64,000 bases of DNA from Eledone cirrhosa (Eukaryota): NCBI GenBank assembly GCA_964016885.1, contig OZ024743.1:373612001-373676000 (forward strand). The letters are read 5' to 3'. Below are positions 26,554 through 38,756 of this stretch, one piece after another. The notes under the pieces are model-generated. The model was not told the origin of the DNA. It did not search any database and saw only the letters and a program-made list of their open reading frames with translations. Position numbers and translations under genes: made by a program. Positions within the stretch are counted from its first letter, which is position 1; every line of letters begins with the position of its first letter.

Positions 26554-26711
26554 TTGGGCCACCAAAGATATCAAGAGCCAGGGCCGACTCTCCATTGACA
26601 GTTTTGGTCATAAAAACATGAAAGTTACTGCAGGTTTGGGCAGTTCTATGCTCGTCTCGAAAGGAGGTGTTGTGGGTGGAACAATTGATCTTCAGGACCT
26701 TCACACATACT
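26554..26711 (+). CDS. BLTP1: BLTP1 exon (WATKDIKSQGRLSI...SKGGVVGGTIDLQDLHTY)
   Basis: TCTCCAAAG| and T|GTAAGT; KSQGRLS and KGGVVGGTID motifs of KIAA1109; phase 2-1. Confidence 0.95.
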
Positions 26712-27581
26712 GTAAGTACTATGTTTACTCTCTTTTTTCATCTCCTTCAGTGGCCATCATTTCTGGGTGTTTTAGTCAGTTATTATAGTGTAAATTAGTT
26801 TTGATTATCCACTTTGTTACCATACTTTTAATGAAACACACTGTGATTTATAAATTGTTCCGAAAAAAAAAATTTGGAGACATTTACTAATATAACTAAC
26901 TTTGCCATTATTATGTTGGTGTTTGGAACATAACATAACGAAGGTATTAGGAACACAATGCAACAAAATTTTATTATATAAAATTGCGATGTAAGGTTTA
27001 AATTTTGATGTGAACACTTTAGAACAAACAGCTTTATATCATAGAACTAGGGGCAGTTTCAAATAGTTGGGTATCAGAAGGGACAAGGAATTTAGAAAAT
27101 AGTGCATTTTATTAAAAAGATACAGTAATGCAAATAGTAAAAATAATAACAATGATATTAGAATATTACCTTGGAGTTGTTTAATAGTTTTTATTTATTG
27201 ATGAAGGGATTTTGTCCTGAAATATAAGAAAACATTCTAACATCTTTATGCTTACCATTTGAAGGACAGGGGATTAGCAGAAGTGTTAGCACATCTGACA
27301 AAATGCTTTATGCTATTTGTTCTGGCTCTTTATGTTCTCAGTTCAAACTCATTGAGACCAACTTTGCTTTTCATCCTTCTGAAATTGATGAAATAAAGTC
27401 CCAATTAAATACTGGAGTTGATTTAATCTTACCCTGCAAATTGCTGGCCTTGTGCCTCAATTAGAAATCATTATTTTTCCCATTTGCATTAGTCTTCTAA
27501 TATGACACGATTTTCTACACCTCACACAATACTTACAACTACAGCACCCTACTAATGAATTTGTTTATTTTATATCTTCAG

Positions 27582-27780
27582 TTACTGTCCTTGAAGATCC
27601 AGAACAAGGAAACCCCCCTGACCATCAATCTGGTCTTTCTCTGTTTGCTGCTGAAGCTCGTCTTGACTACATGGGCTCCAGTGTACTGATGACAAGGATA
27701 AGCTCACTGAAGCTTCACTTCAGAGATGAGTGGCTCCTTGATGCTGACATGAAACCAGATATGCCGTTGGCTACTAAGCG
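27582..27780 (+). CDS. BLTP1: BLTP1 exon (FTVLEDPEQGNPPDHQ...EARLDYMGSSVLM...RDEWLL...ATKR); absent from the supplied ORF track
   Basis: TCTTCAG| and CG|GTAAGT; EARxDYMGSS motif of KIAA1109; phase 1-2. Confidence 0.95.
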
Positions 27781-28701
27781 GTAAGTGAACACTGCTCTAC
27801 TAACCCTTGAATTCTTTCGAATAAAAAATAAATAAAAATTAATGGACTCTACTGGTTTTGGCAATGTGTGTTCCTGTTGTTTGATCAATGAGGTGGCTGC
27901 TTGTAAAATTAACTTGCAAGTGGATAAGCATTCCGCAGGTACGTGTATCCTTGATGTAATTCTAAATGAGATTCAGCATGACAGTTTGAGACATGGCTGG
28001 CGTTTGAAGTACAGATGGGCTTCCAAACAGTTTCTGTCTACCTAATTTCACTCGAAAGTTCCATCCCATCATCTCTTGTATGCTTTAATTTGGTACACTC
28101 AACTGTTTTAAGTGCCAATATAATGGATTGGGGTTCACTGATAAGAGTGCAGTCTTCTCTCTTGCACACTACATCCCATTCCTCTTATGCCTAGTTTTTC
28201 TCTCAGTTCATTTCTGCTACATCACAACGTGACAACCCACCCATCTAACCCATTTAAATTCCATTTTTCTTATCTCTCTCTCCAGCCTATCGGTCCATTC
28301 ATTCATATATCCGTACCTTTGTCCAGAATCCAATCTTTTGCTCTCTCTCAATGCTATTCTATAATTCTGACTGGTTGTTTCTAAATAATCTTCTTGTATT
28401 TTAAAACCCCATTATTCACTTATTATTACTGTTATATGCTTCCCCAATTATGCCCAAAATTCGAAGATTTCATTTAAAACCTCTTGCTAACTACCCCATT
28501 TGTTTTTCTAAAATAACAATCTTGTTTGTTTAAATTTGGCCGAAAACAATTCTAGGATTTATAAAATGGCCTCATTGTCCCTCTTATCCTTTACCCCCCC
28601 CCCCACACTATATCGTATTACGTGCTGGCTAGTTCACCCTCAGTTCACCCTTTCAATCAATCCCTTCTCTCACCAAATATAAATAATCTTCTCTCTGCTA
28701 A

Positions 28702-30032
28702 CCAGGTAGATTATACCAGCCAGGTAGATTATATCCTTACCAGAAAACGTGACAGAGTGTCTGTTGTAAACACTAAATCCCTCCCCCATGAAGAATGCAC
28801 CTCCCAACATAGACTGATAATTAGCGACCTCATAGTCAGGACGAGACGTACTAGACAGCAAAAGAGGACTATCCTCAGGAGAAAAATATGGAAGCTAAAG
28901 GACCCTACAGCCCAAATGCAAAATATGGGTGCATAAAAGATGTAGTGGGATCACAGGTAAGCTAACTAAGAACACAGATTTTACATGTGGCCGGTGCTCT
29001 GGTGCAATAAGTAGCAGCAAGTGCCCACAAAATACTAGCTCTTTCAATTGCGCAGAGGGTTCTATAGAAATAGTGGACAGCTTCCGTTACCTGGGTGACA
29101 AAATCAGCAGTGGGGGAGGGTGCTCTGAAAGTACAGTAGCTAGAGTCAGAACTGGATGGAAAAAGTTCAGAGAGCTTATACCACTATTAGCCGCTAAAGG
29201 GTTCTCCCTAAAAATGAAAGGCAGGCTGTATGATGCCTGCATACGAACAGCAATGTTGCATGGCAGTGAGACCTGGGCATTGTGTGCAGAGGATATACGC
29301 AGACTAGAGAGGAACGAAGCTTGCATGCTCCGCTGGATGTGTAATAGTAATATACGCGAACGGCAAAGCATAAACGAACTAAGGGAAAAATTAGAAATAA
29401 GAGGGATCAGATGTTGTTTACTCGAGAGAAGGCTACGTTGGAATGGTCACATGATGCGCATGAAAGATGACAGCTGTATAAAAAAGTGCAGGGCAATAAA
29501 GATAGACGGTAGCCACGGAGTAGGTAGACCCAGAAAAACCTGGGATGACCTGATAAATTCCGACCTCACACACTTACCCCTCTCCAAGACAATGTCACTG
29601 GACCGAGATCTTTGGCGGTACTCAGTAATAGAGAAGACCCGCCTTACCAGAATACAAAGTAAAACCTACTACAGTCAGTAGGCATCTCTAACAAAATACA
29701 CCCCCCCCCCCCCCACCCCATCCACACCACCCCTTTCAATGTAAAGTTATGTTGGTGCCACAACATCCAGGCCGAAACAAATGAGATCGTGTAGGTGTCA
29801 CGACAAAAAAAACACACAGTCCACGCTGTATTGTGGCCGTGTAGGCAACACGGTAAAAACCTCCCAGTCCCACACTGTAAATGTGGTTGGTGTTAGGAAG
29901 GGCATCCAGCTGTAGAAAACCTGCCAGACAGTCCTATGCGAGCAAGACAACCACTCTTGCCTCAAGTGGGAAAACTCCCGTCCAAACCCATGCAAGCGTG
30001 GAACATGGACGTTAAACGATGATGATGATGAT
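28702..30032 (+). mobile_element. RTE-clade LINE, 5'-truncated and internally deleted, (GAT)n tail
   Basis: The endonuclease C-terminus (QVDYIL, SQHRLII) is joined directly to the post-RT region; ORF 28929-29681 with RLRWxGH and GRPRKTW. Confidence 0.93.
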
Positions 30033-30039
30033 ATATATC

Positions 30040-30445
30040 GAGGCACATGGCTTAGTGGTTAGAGCATTGGCCTTGTAATTGAAAGGTTGCGAGTTCAATT
30101 CTCAGACCGGGTGATGTGTTGTTTCCTTGAGCGAGACACTTTATTTCACATTGCTCCAGTTTACTCAGCTGTAAAAATGAGATGATAGGGACTGTGGTCC
30201 CTATCTTTCCACTGCAAAGTGGTCGTGTAGGTGCCATGGCAAAAAAGCACCCAGCACTCTCTGTAAATGAGGTTGGTGTTAGGAAGGGCATCCAGCTGTA
30301 GAAATCAAGCCAGAATCAGTTCCCGTCCCACCCTTGCAAGCAGGGAAAAGCGGACGTAAAATGATGATGATGATGATGATATATATATATATGTCCAACC
30401 CATGCAAGCATGGAAAAACAGACGTAAAAATGATGATGATGATAA
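30040..30445 (+). mobile_element. tRNA-head SINE followed by an RTE-type 3' tail
   Basis: A-box TGGCTTAGTGG, B-box GAGTTCAATTC; tail matches the 3' UTR of the RTE at 46767-48252. Confidence 0.8.
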
Positions 30446-32282
30446 CAAGGATGAATATTCTGGTAAATGAAGAAGAGTTATGCCAATGACATATTTCGTT
30501 TTTAATGTAGTTTGACAATCAGTAAGATGAGATGAATCATTTCATTACTGGTATAATCCATAAAAGTAGTTTAGAATCATGTTAGATTTTGTCAACAATG
30601 ATTCTAGTAATGAGAGATAGCATATGATACATAGTTATTACTGGTATTAATAGCATTAATAAATATTGTATAAAGGAAGACAAACAATTATATGTGCTGT
30701 CATACTAGATACGTATTTGTGTGATGTATCAGCTGTTTTCAAACTATAGTCTGCAGATAATGAAATTCAGGTGCTATTAGCAGCTCTGGGCTTTGAGAAG
30801 GGTTAACTATCTTTCAGAATTAACTCACCTAATTTTCTTGCATATGTCAATGTATCAGGTTACTCGGTGCCTTATCAAATAACTTGTATGTTTTATGCTG
30901 CAAAATTACTGTATAAGTAATTATACTGCTGGCTATAAAACAAAATGTGGCTACCATCACTTTTTTCAATATGAAGAGGAGGGTGATTGTTCATGTGAAG
31001 GCTAGCATTCTTTCTGTCAAAAATATTTTTAGTATGTTGACTACATTGTATATTGTATGGTTTCTTTAGTTTACTTACACTAATATTTAAAACAGGATAA
31101 CAACATATATTCAACTGTTGCCAAAAAAGAGTCCGATTATTATAATCTGAGAAGTAACTTCCAGATATTTGTTAATTTATGACATACCTGCCATAAAATT
31201 GCCTTTCTTTTGTTGGTATCTTTTATCTGAGCTGGTTATCTAAGCTCAAAGATATTTGAAATGTTCAGCAATTCTTAGTTGTTGTCCAGAATGTACTCCC
31301 ACATGTTACGGGTTCTTAACATCACTTGGAAGAGTCTCATCACCATTATAGAACTTTATGATGGTTTGCCAAAGTAAAGCGAAAACGTAACTCAGCAAAG
31401 ATCATGATTAGAAGGTCACTATGGGAGACATCATGAAGGAATAGCCTTAGATCTTATGCTATTGCAGCTAACACATAGATGGGTTAACCATAGACTCAAC
31501 TCCATTAATATATTTTAAAAAGACACAAGGCTGGAGAATGTATAGGAAATATGGAGACACCTGGCAGTAGTATGTTTCCTTGGTTCAATCAGAGGATCAG
31601 TTGAGCTGAGATGAAATTATTAAAACTAGATTATATTCTTACATAGTTGACTTTATCTCAGTTGTTCGTCAAATTGACAGAATCATTAAAGTATAGAACA
31701 AAGCATCTCTAGTTCTGAGTTCATATCCCAGTGAGATCTACTTGGGCTTTTAACTCAGAGAGGGTTGATAAAATGAAGTACCAGCTCAGGTGCAGTGGAT
31801 TAACAGAATTGGGGTACTTTTTTTCAGCTTTTTTTGTTCTGAGATTTTGAATTCTTGGACGGTGGACTTAAACCATTACCTAATTTAACCTCTTTTTTGG
31901 GTATCTTTAGTGGTATTCCCTGTTGCAAGCATTTGGATCAGGGTTCAATTTTGAGGATAACTCCCACCTGTCCTGCCACCAGTTTTGGAGACCCCCCACA
32001 AAAAACAAAAAAAAAACAACAAAGACAAAAAAACTTATGAGTGTAGCTCTTCCTTTCCTGACTAAGAGGGGGGAAAAATAGACTTTATCTCAGTAAATAG
32101 TTTGTAGTAGCAAGTAGATGCTATATTTTCTCTTCTCTTAAGGATATTAAACTATATAAACTGAAACCATAAAAAAATGTAAATTTGTGGGTATATCTAT
32201 CAAGCCTAGGTTTGTAGTTAATGAGTTCACTTTGGAGACATATGGTTTCAGGTTCAGTGTGTGATATTTGGAAGACATTATA

Positions 32283-32848
32283 TCATCATCATCATCATCA
32301 TCGTTTAACGTCCGTGTTCCATGCTTGCATGGGTTTGGACGGAGGGTTTTCCCACTTGAGGCAAGAGTGGTTATCTTGCTCGCATAGGACTATCTGGCGG
32401 GTTTTCTACAGCTGGATGCCCTTCCTAACACCAACCACATTTACAGTGTGGGGCTGGGAGGCTTTTACCGTGTTGCCTACACGGCCACATTACAGCGTGA
32501 ACTGTGTGTTTTTTTGACGTGACACCTACACGATCTCATTTGTTTCGGCCTGGATGTTGTGGCACCAACATAACTTTACATTGAAAGGGGCGGTGTGGAT
32601 GGGGTGGGGGTGGTGGGACGGGGGTGTATTTTGTTAGAGATGCCTACTGACTGTAGTAGGTTTTACTTTGTATTTAGGTAAGGCGGGTCTTCTCTATTAC
32701 TGAGTACCGCCAAAGGTCTCGGTCCAGTGACATTGTCTTGGTGAGGTGTAAGTGTGTGAGGTCGGAATTTATCAGCTCGTCCCAGGTTTTTCTGGGTCTG
32801 CCTATTCCGTGGCTACCGTCTATCTTTATTGCCCTGCACTTTGTTATA
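32283..32848 (-). mobile_element. RTE LINE 3' fragment
   Basis: KCRAIKIDGSHGIGRPRKTW plus 3' UTR and (GAT)n tail on the minus strand. Confidence 0.93.
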
Positions 32849-33140
32849 CATATATATATATACATATAGGAGGTGAGTTTTATTGTAACACAGTAAAGCA
32901 ATGCAAATATCGGATAAGTAGCACTCAACAGTTTATAGGACTGGAGTATAAATTTATATTATATATATATATATATATATATATCATCATCATCATCATT
33001 TGACGACTGCTACACACACACACGCACACGCACACACACACACACAGAGGAGTATGAATTTATATTATATATATATATATATATCATCATCATCATTTAA
33101 CGACTGCTATATATACACACACGCATATATATATATATAT

Positions 33141-33639
33141 GTAAGTTGCATTATTGGTTGTGTAAAATGGTCCAATAAATTTATGTTAGCAATATTAAGT
33201 TCTCCACGCTTTTGTATATCTCCAATTCCATTCAGGGGAACAGCTAGATGATGTAAAACGGAGTATAAGTATCAAAATGAAAATCTGAAGGCAAGGTAAA
33301 ATTCCAATCATTTAATCACGACACATGTTTCAATAAGAGATAGATCGATTGTGAAGTCATGATCGATTATCACTGATCTCATCAGGTGAAAATGAATTGT
33401 CTTCAAATTCTTGATATCAGGGAGAAAAATAACGATGTTCTCTCACAGAATATGAGGGAATGAATTCTGTGAGAGAACATCATTATTTTTCTCCCTCATA
33501 TCAAGAATTTGAAAACAATTCATTTCACCTGATGAGATCAGTGATAATCGATCATGGCTTCACAATCGATCTATCTCTTATTGAAACATGTGTCGTGATT
33601 AAATGATTGGAATTTTACCTTGCCTTCGGATTTTCATTT

Positions 33640-33644
<5 letters not shown>
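33141..33644. mobile_element. Fold-back element in (TA)n with hammerhead-like motifs (PLE pLTR or retrozyme-like)
   Basis: Arms 33270-33451 and 33464-33644 nearly perfectly complementary; CTGATGA (33529) ... GAAACATGTGTC (33583-33594). Confidence 0.75.
33516..33609 (+). ncRNA. Putative type-I hammerhead ribozyme (mirror copy on the - strand at about 33305-33400)
   Basis: Stem I CAC/GTG extended by TCATTT/AAATGA; core CUGAUGA and GAAA; short stem III AC-AUGU-GU; GUC cleavage triplet. Confidence 0.6.
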
Positions 33645-33691
<47 letters not shown>

Positions 33692-33693
<2 letters not shown>

Positions 33694-34314
33694 AAGGAAA
33701 AAAATTAGAAATAAGAGGGATCAGATGTTGTTTACTCGAGAGAAGGCTACGTTGGTATGGACACGTGATGCGCATGAAAGTCGATAGCTGTATAACAAAG
33801 TGCAGGGCAATAAAGATAGACGGTAGCCACGGAATAGGCAGACCTAGAAAAACCTGGGACGAGCTGATAAACTCCGACCTCACACACTTACACCTCTCCA
33901 AGACAATGTCACTGGACCGAGACCTTTGGCGGTACTCAGTAACAGAGAAGACCCGCCTTACCTAAATACATAGTAAAACCTACTACCACCCCCAACCCAT
34001 CCACGCCACCCCGTTCTATGTAAAGTTGTGTTGGTGCCACACCATCCAGGCCGAAACAAATGAGATCGTGTAGGTGTCACGACAAAAAAACACACAGTCG
34101 ACGCTGTAATGTGGCCGTGTAGGCAACACAGTAAAAACCTCCCAGACCCACACTGTAAATGTGGTTGGTGTTAGGAAGGGCATCCAACTGTAGAAAACCT
34201 GCCAGACAGTCCTATGCGAGCAAGACAATCACTCTTGCCTCAAGTGGGACTACCCCCGTCCAAACCCATGCAAGCGTGGAACACGGACGTTAAACGGTGA
34301 TGATGATGATGATG

Positions 34315-34316
<2 letters not shown>
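33692..34316 (+). mobile_element. RTE LINE 3' fragment
   Basis: ERRLRWYGHVMRM...EKTRLT*, 3' UTR, (GAT)n then (CA)n. Confidence 0.93.
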
Positions 34317-34367
<51 letters not shown>

Positions 34368-34440
34368 AAACAGAAATAACAAAGCAAATGACACAGTAAA
34401 TTCAAGAAATATATTAGTTTAATGCTTGAAATAGCCGGAA

Positions 34441-34486
34441 AAGAGTCTTAACTTTTCGGATACTGGTCCTTCATCAGGAGATAATT
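34441..34486 (-). ncRNA. Minimal hammerhead-like motif within a PLE-like relic (about 34361-34585)
   Basis: Minus strand TCTC CTGATGA AGGA CCAGTA TCC GAAA AGT TA AGA; ATTAAA downstream; relic sits between (CA)n and (TA)n. Confidence 0.5.
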
Positions 34487-34755
34487 AGAAATAGAAGATA
34501 AAATAGAAGGATAAAGAGTAAGAAGAGGAAGGAATGGGGAAAAATGAGAAAAAGGAAGAAAAAACTGTGCTTATTCAGTCTGCCAATATATACATACACA
34601 CACACACGTTTATATATATATATATACACATATATGTATATGTATTTATTTTTTCCGGTTGGCAAGAGTTGGATGTTTGTTCAATGCTCTATCTGTCAAT
34701 ATAACACTCTACCAGTCTATATAATAACCACTGTATACATATTTCTTTTGTTTAG

Positions 34756-34976
34756 ACCGGCAATATTGTTTGTTCATGGAACACTGGACTGGGACAAATT
34801 CCATATTATGATTTCACGGTCAACAACACCAGACCTGTTGAAAATGGCTGCCAAACTAGAAGAGTTCTTCACCACTTATCTCACCAATAGCAAGAGGGTC
34901 CTTTCTGCTTTTGGCCCCATTGGGGGATCAATGAAAAGCAAATCATCTACCAAACGCAAAAACTCTGAGGATTTGG
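34756..34976 (+). CDS. BLTP1: BLTP1 exon (PAILFVHGTLDWDKFHIMISRSTTPDLLK...SKRVLSAFGP)
   Basis: TTTAG| and G|GTATGT; FVHGxLxWD and MISRSTTPDL motifs; phase 2-1. Confidence 0.96.
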
Positions 34977-35017
34977 GTATGTATTATAACAATCAACGTG
35001 TGTGCATGTGTGTGTCA

Positions 35018-36559
35018 TTATCATCATCATCATCATCATCGTTTAACGTCCATGTTCCACACTTGCATGGGTTTGGACGGGGCTTTTCCCACTTGTGGCA
35101 AGAGTGGTTGTCTTGCTCGCATAGGACTGTCTGGCGGGTTTTCTACAGCTGGATGCCCTTCCTAACACCAACCACATTTACAGTGTGGGACTGGGAGGTT
35201 TACATTGAAAGGGGCGGTGTGGATGGGGTGGGGGTGTATTTTGTTAGAGATGCCTACTGACTGTAGTAGGTTTTACTTTGTATTTAGGTAAGGCGGGTCT
35301 TCTCTATTACTGAGTACCGCCAAAGGTCTCGGTCCAGTGACATTGTCTTGGAGAAGTGTAAGTGTGTGAGGTCGGAATTTATCAGGTCGTCCCAGGTTTT
35401 TCTGGGTCTGCGTACTCCGTGGCTACCGTCTATCTTTATTGCCCTGCACTTTGTTATACAGCTATCGTCTTTCATGCGCATCACGTGACCATACCAACGT
35501 AGCCTTCTCTCGAGTAAACAACATCTGATCCCTCTTATTTCTAATTTTTTCCTTAGTTCGTTTATGCTTTGCCGTTCACGTATATTACTATTACACATCC
35601 AGCGGAGAATGCAAGCTTCGTTCCTCTCTAGTCTGTGTATATCCTCTGCACACAATGCCCAGGTCTCACTGCCATGCAACATTGCTGTTCGTATGCAGGC
35701 ATCATACAACCTGCCTTTCATTTTTAGGGAGAACCCTTTAGCGGCTAATAGTGGTATAAGCTCTCTGAACTTTTTCCATCCAGCTCTGACTCTAGCTACT
35801 GTACTTTCAGAGCACCCTCCCCCACTGCTGATTTTGTCACCCAGGTAACGGAAGCTGTCCACTATTTCTATAGAACCCTCTGCGCAGTTGAAAGAGCTAG
35901 TATTTTGTGGGCACTTGCTGCTACTTATTGCACCAGAGCACCGGCCACATGTAAAATCTATGTTCTTAGTTAGCTTACCTGTGATCCCACTACATCTTTT
36001 ATGCACCCATACTTTGCATTTGGGACATAAAATGGAGTTTCTACCTACGCCTTTCCTACACACTGAGCATGGCCATTTCCCGGAAGGGACCGGCGCCTTA
36101 TTTTCTTTCCTACAAACTAGAACTTTAGTCTTAGCCAGGTTAATTTTAAGTCCTTTTGATTCTAGGCCGTGCTTCCATGTTTGGAATTTCTTCTCTAGCT
36201 CGGCCATTGATTCAGCTATGAGCGTTAGATCATCTGCGTATAGGAGTTCCCATGGGCAGCCGGTCTTGAACTCCTCTGTTATAGCCTGAAGGGCAATAAT
36301 AAATAGTAGGGGGCTAAGAACAGAGGCCTGATGGACACCAACTTTTACGCTAAACTCTTCACTATATTCGTTGTTAATTCTAACCTTGCTGACTGTTTCT
36401 TTATACATGGCTTGTATGGCTCTCACAAGCCATTCGTCAACACCTAGTTTTCTAAGAGCCCCCCAGATAATGGAACGGGGGACTCTGTCGAAGGCTTTCT
36501 CCAAGTCGACAAAAGCTAAGTATAGGGGTTTACTTTTAGCTAGGTACTTCTCCTGTAGT
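35018..36559 (-). mobile_element. RTE LINE, 5'-truncated, with open RT C-terminal half
   Basis: ORF 35284-36603: FVDLEKAFDRV, GVHQxSVLSPLLF, LLYADD, PHD-type finger, FRYLG. Confidence 0.96.
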
Positions 36560-36684
36560 GTGTATTTATATATACATATATATGTTTGGGTGTGTATGTA
36601 CATATATTTTTATGTATGAACCATCATTATCATCATTTAACATCTGTTTTCCCTGCTAGCAATGACAGGAGGCATATGTGTATA

Positions 36685-36728
<44 letters not shown>

Positions 36729-37090
36729 ATTAGATAGTTTAACAATGATAATAACGAAGGCAAGTTATTCATTGAATGTGTGTGTGTGTGTGTATATATA
36801 TATGTATATATATATGTATTTGTGTTTGTTTGAGTGTGTGTACATGTGCCTGTTCATTCATGTGTTGTGTGTGTGTATAGAAATAAACATACATTTAGCA
36901 CTATATTATATAAATAGAAAACAAAACTAAACACCACACATTGTATTATGTTTCATTTTTACAAGTGAATTGTACTTTTACAACTGTTATAGCTTTTACT
37001 GCTACTTCCTCTTTTTCTCGTCTGACATTTATTTACCCCCCCCCCCCCCCCATACCATTCAACCCTGATATTCTTATATTACAATTCCAT

Positions 37091-38756
37091 AACTAATATT
37101 CTAATACCTTAACTAATATTCTAATACCTTAACTAATATTCTAATACCTTAACCAATATTCTAATAGCTTAACTAATATTCTAATAGCTTAACTAATATT
37201 CTAATAGCTTAACTAATATTCTAATAGTTTAACTAATATTCTAATAGCTTAACTAATATTCTAATAGTTTAACTAATATTCTAATACCTTAACTAATATT
37301 CTAATACCTTAACCAATATTCTAATAGCTTAACTAATATTCTAATAGCTTAACTAATATTCTAATACCTTAACCAATATTCTAATAGCTTAACTAATATT
37401 CTAATAGCTTAACTAATATTCTAATACCTTAACCAATATTCTAATAGCTTAACTAATATTCTAATAGCTTAACTAATATTCTAATAGTTTAACTAATATT
37501 CTAATAGCTTAACTAATATTCTAATAGCTTAACTAATATTCTAATAGCTTAACTAATATTCTAATAGTTTAACTAATATTCTAATAGCTTAACTAATATT
37601 CTAATAGCTTAACTAATATTCTAATACCTTAACCAATATTCTAATAGCTTAACTAATATTCTAATAGTTTAACTAATATTCTAATAGCTTAACTAATATT
37701 CTAATAGCTTAACTAATATTCTAATAGCTTAACTAATATTCTAATAGTTTAACTAATATTCTAATAGCTTAACTAATATTCTAATAGTTTAACTAATATT
37801 CTAATAGCTTAACTAATATTCTAATAGTTTAACTAATATTCTAATAGCTTAACTAATATTCTAATAGCTTAACTAATATTCTAATACCTTAACCAATATT
37901 CTAATAGCTTAACTAATATTCTAATAGTTTAACTAATATTCTAATAGCTTAACTAATATTCTAATAGCTTAACTAATATTCTAATAGCTTAACTAATATT
38001 CTAATAGCTTAACTAATATTCTAATAGTTTAACTAATATTCTAATAGTTTAACTAATATTCTAATAGCTTAACTAATATTCTAATACCTTAACCAATATT
38101 CTAATAGCTTAACTAATATTCTAATAGTTTAACTAATATTCTAATAGTTTAACTAATATTCTAATAGCTTAACTAATATTCTAATAGCTTAACTAATATT
38201 CTAATAGCTTAACTAATATTCTAATAGTTTAACTAATATTCTAATAGCTTAACTAATATTCTAATAGCTTAACTAATATTCTAATACCTTAACCAATATT
38301 CTAATAGCTTAACTAATATTCTAATAGTTTAACTAATATTCTAATAGCTTAACTAATATTCTAATAGCTTAACTAATATTCTAATAGCTTAACTAATATT
38401 CTAATAGTTTAACTAATATTCTAATAGCTTAACTAATATTCTAATAGCTTAACCAATATTCTAATAGCTTAACTAATATTCTAATAGTTTAACTAATATT
38501 CTAATAGTTTAACTAATATTCTAATACCTTAACTAATATTCTAATACCTTAACTAATATTCTAATAGTTTAACTAATATTCTAATACCTTAACTAATATT
38601 CTAATACCCTAACCAATATTCTAATACCTTAACTAATATTCTAATACCCTAACCAATATTCTAATAGCTTAACTAATATTCTAATACCCTAACCAATATT
38701 CTAATAGCTTAACTAATATTCTAATACCCTAACCAATATTCTAATTCTCTAACTAA
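37091..38756. repeat. 20-bp minisatellite (AACTAATATTCTAATAGCTT), about 83 units
   Basis: Exact 20-bp period across about 1.67 kb with variants TAGCTT/TAGTTT/TACCTT/TACCCT. Confidence 0.98.

Noticed and set aside
27860-28060. Probable SINE body fragment
   Set aside because: No second copy, Pol III boxes or TSD seen in the window to support boundaries.
31270-31560. Very degraded LINE-like peptide (MLRVLNITWK...ELYDGLPK)
   Set aside because: Too short and disrupted to assign confidently.
34544-35260. 238-aa ORF as a standalone gene
   Set aside because: Chimera of microsatellite, the BLTP1 exon 34756-34976 and the antisense RTE 3' UTR.
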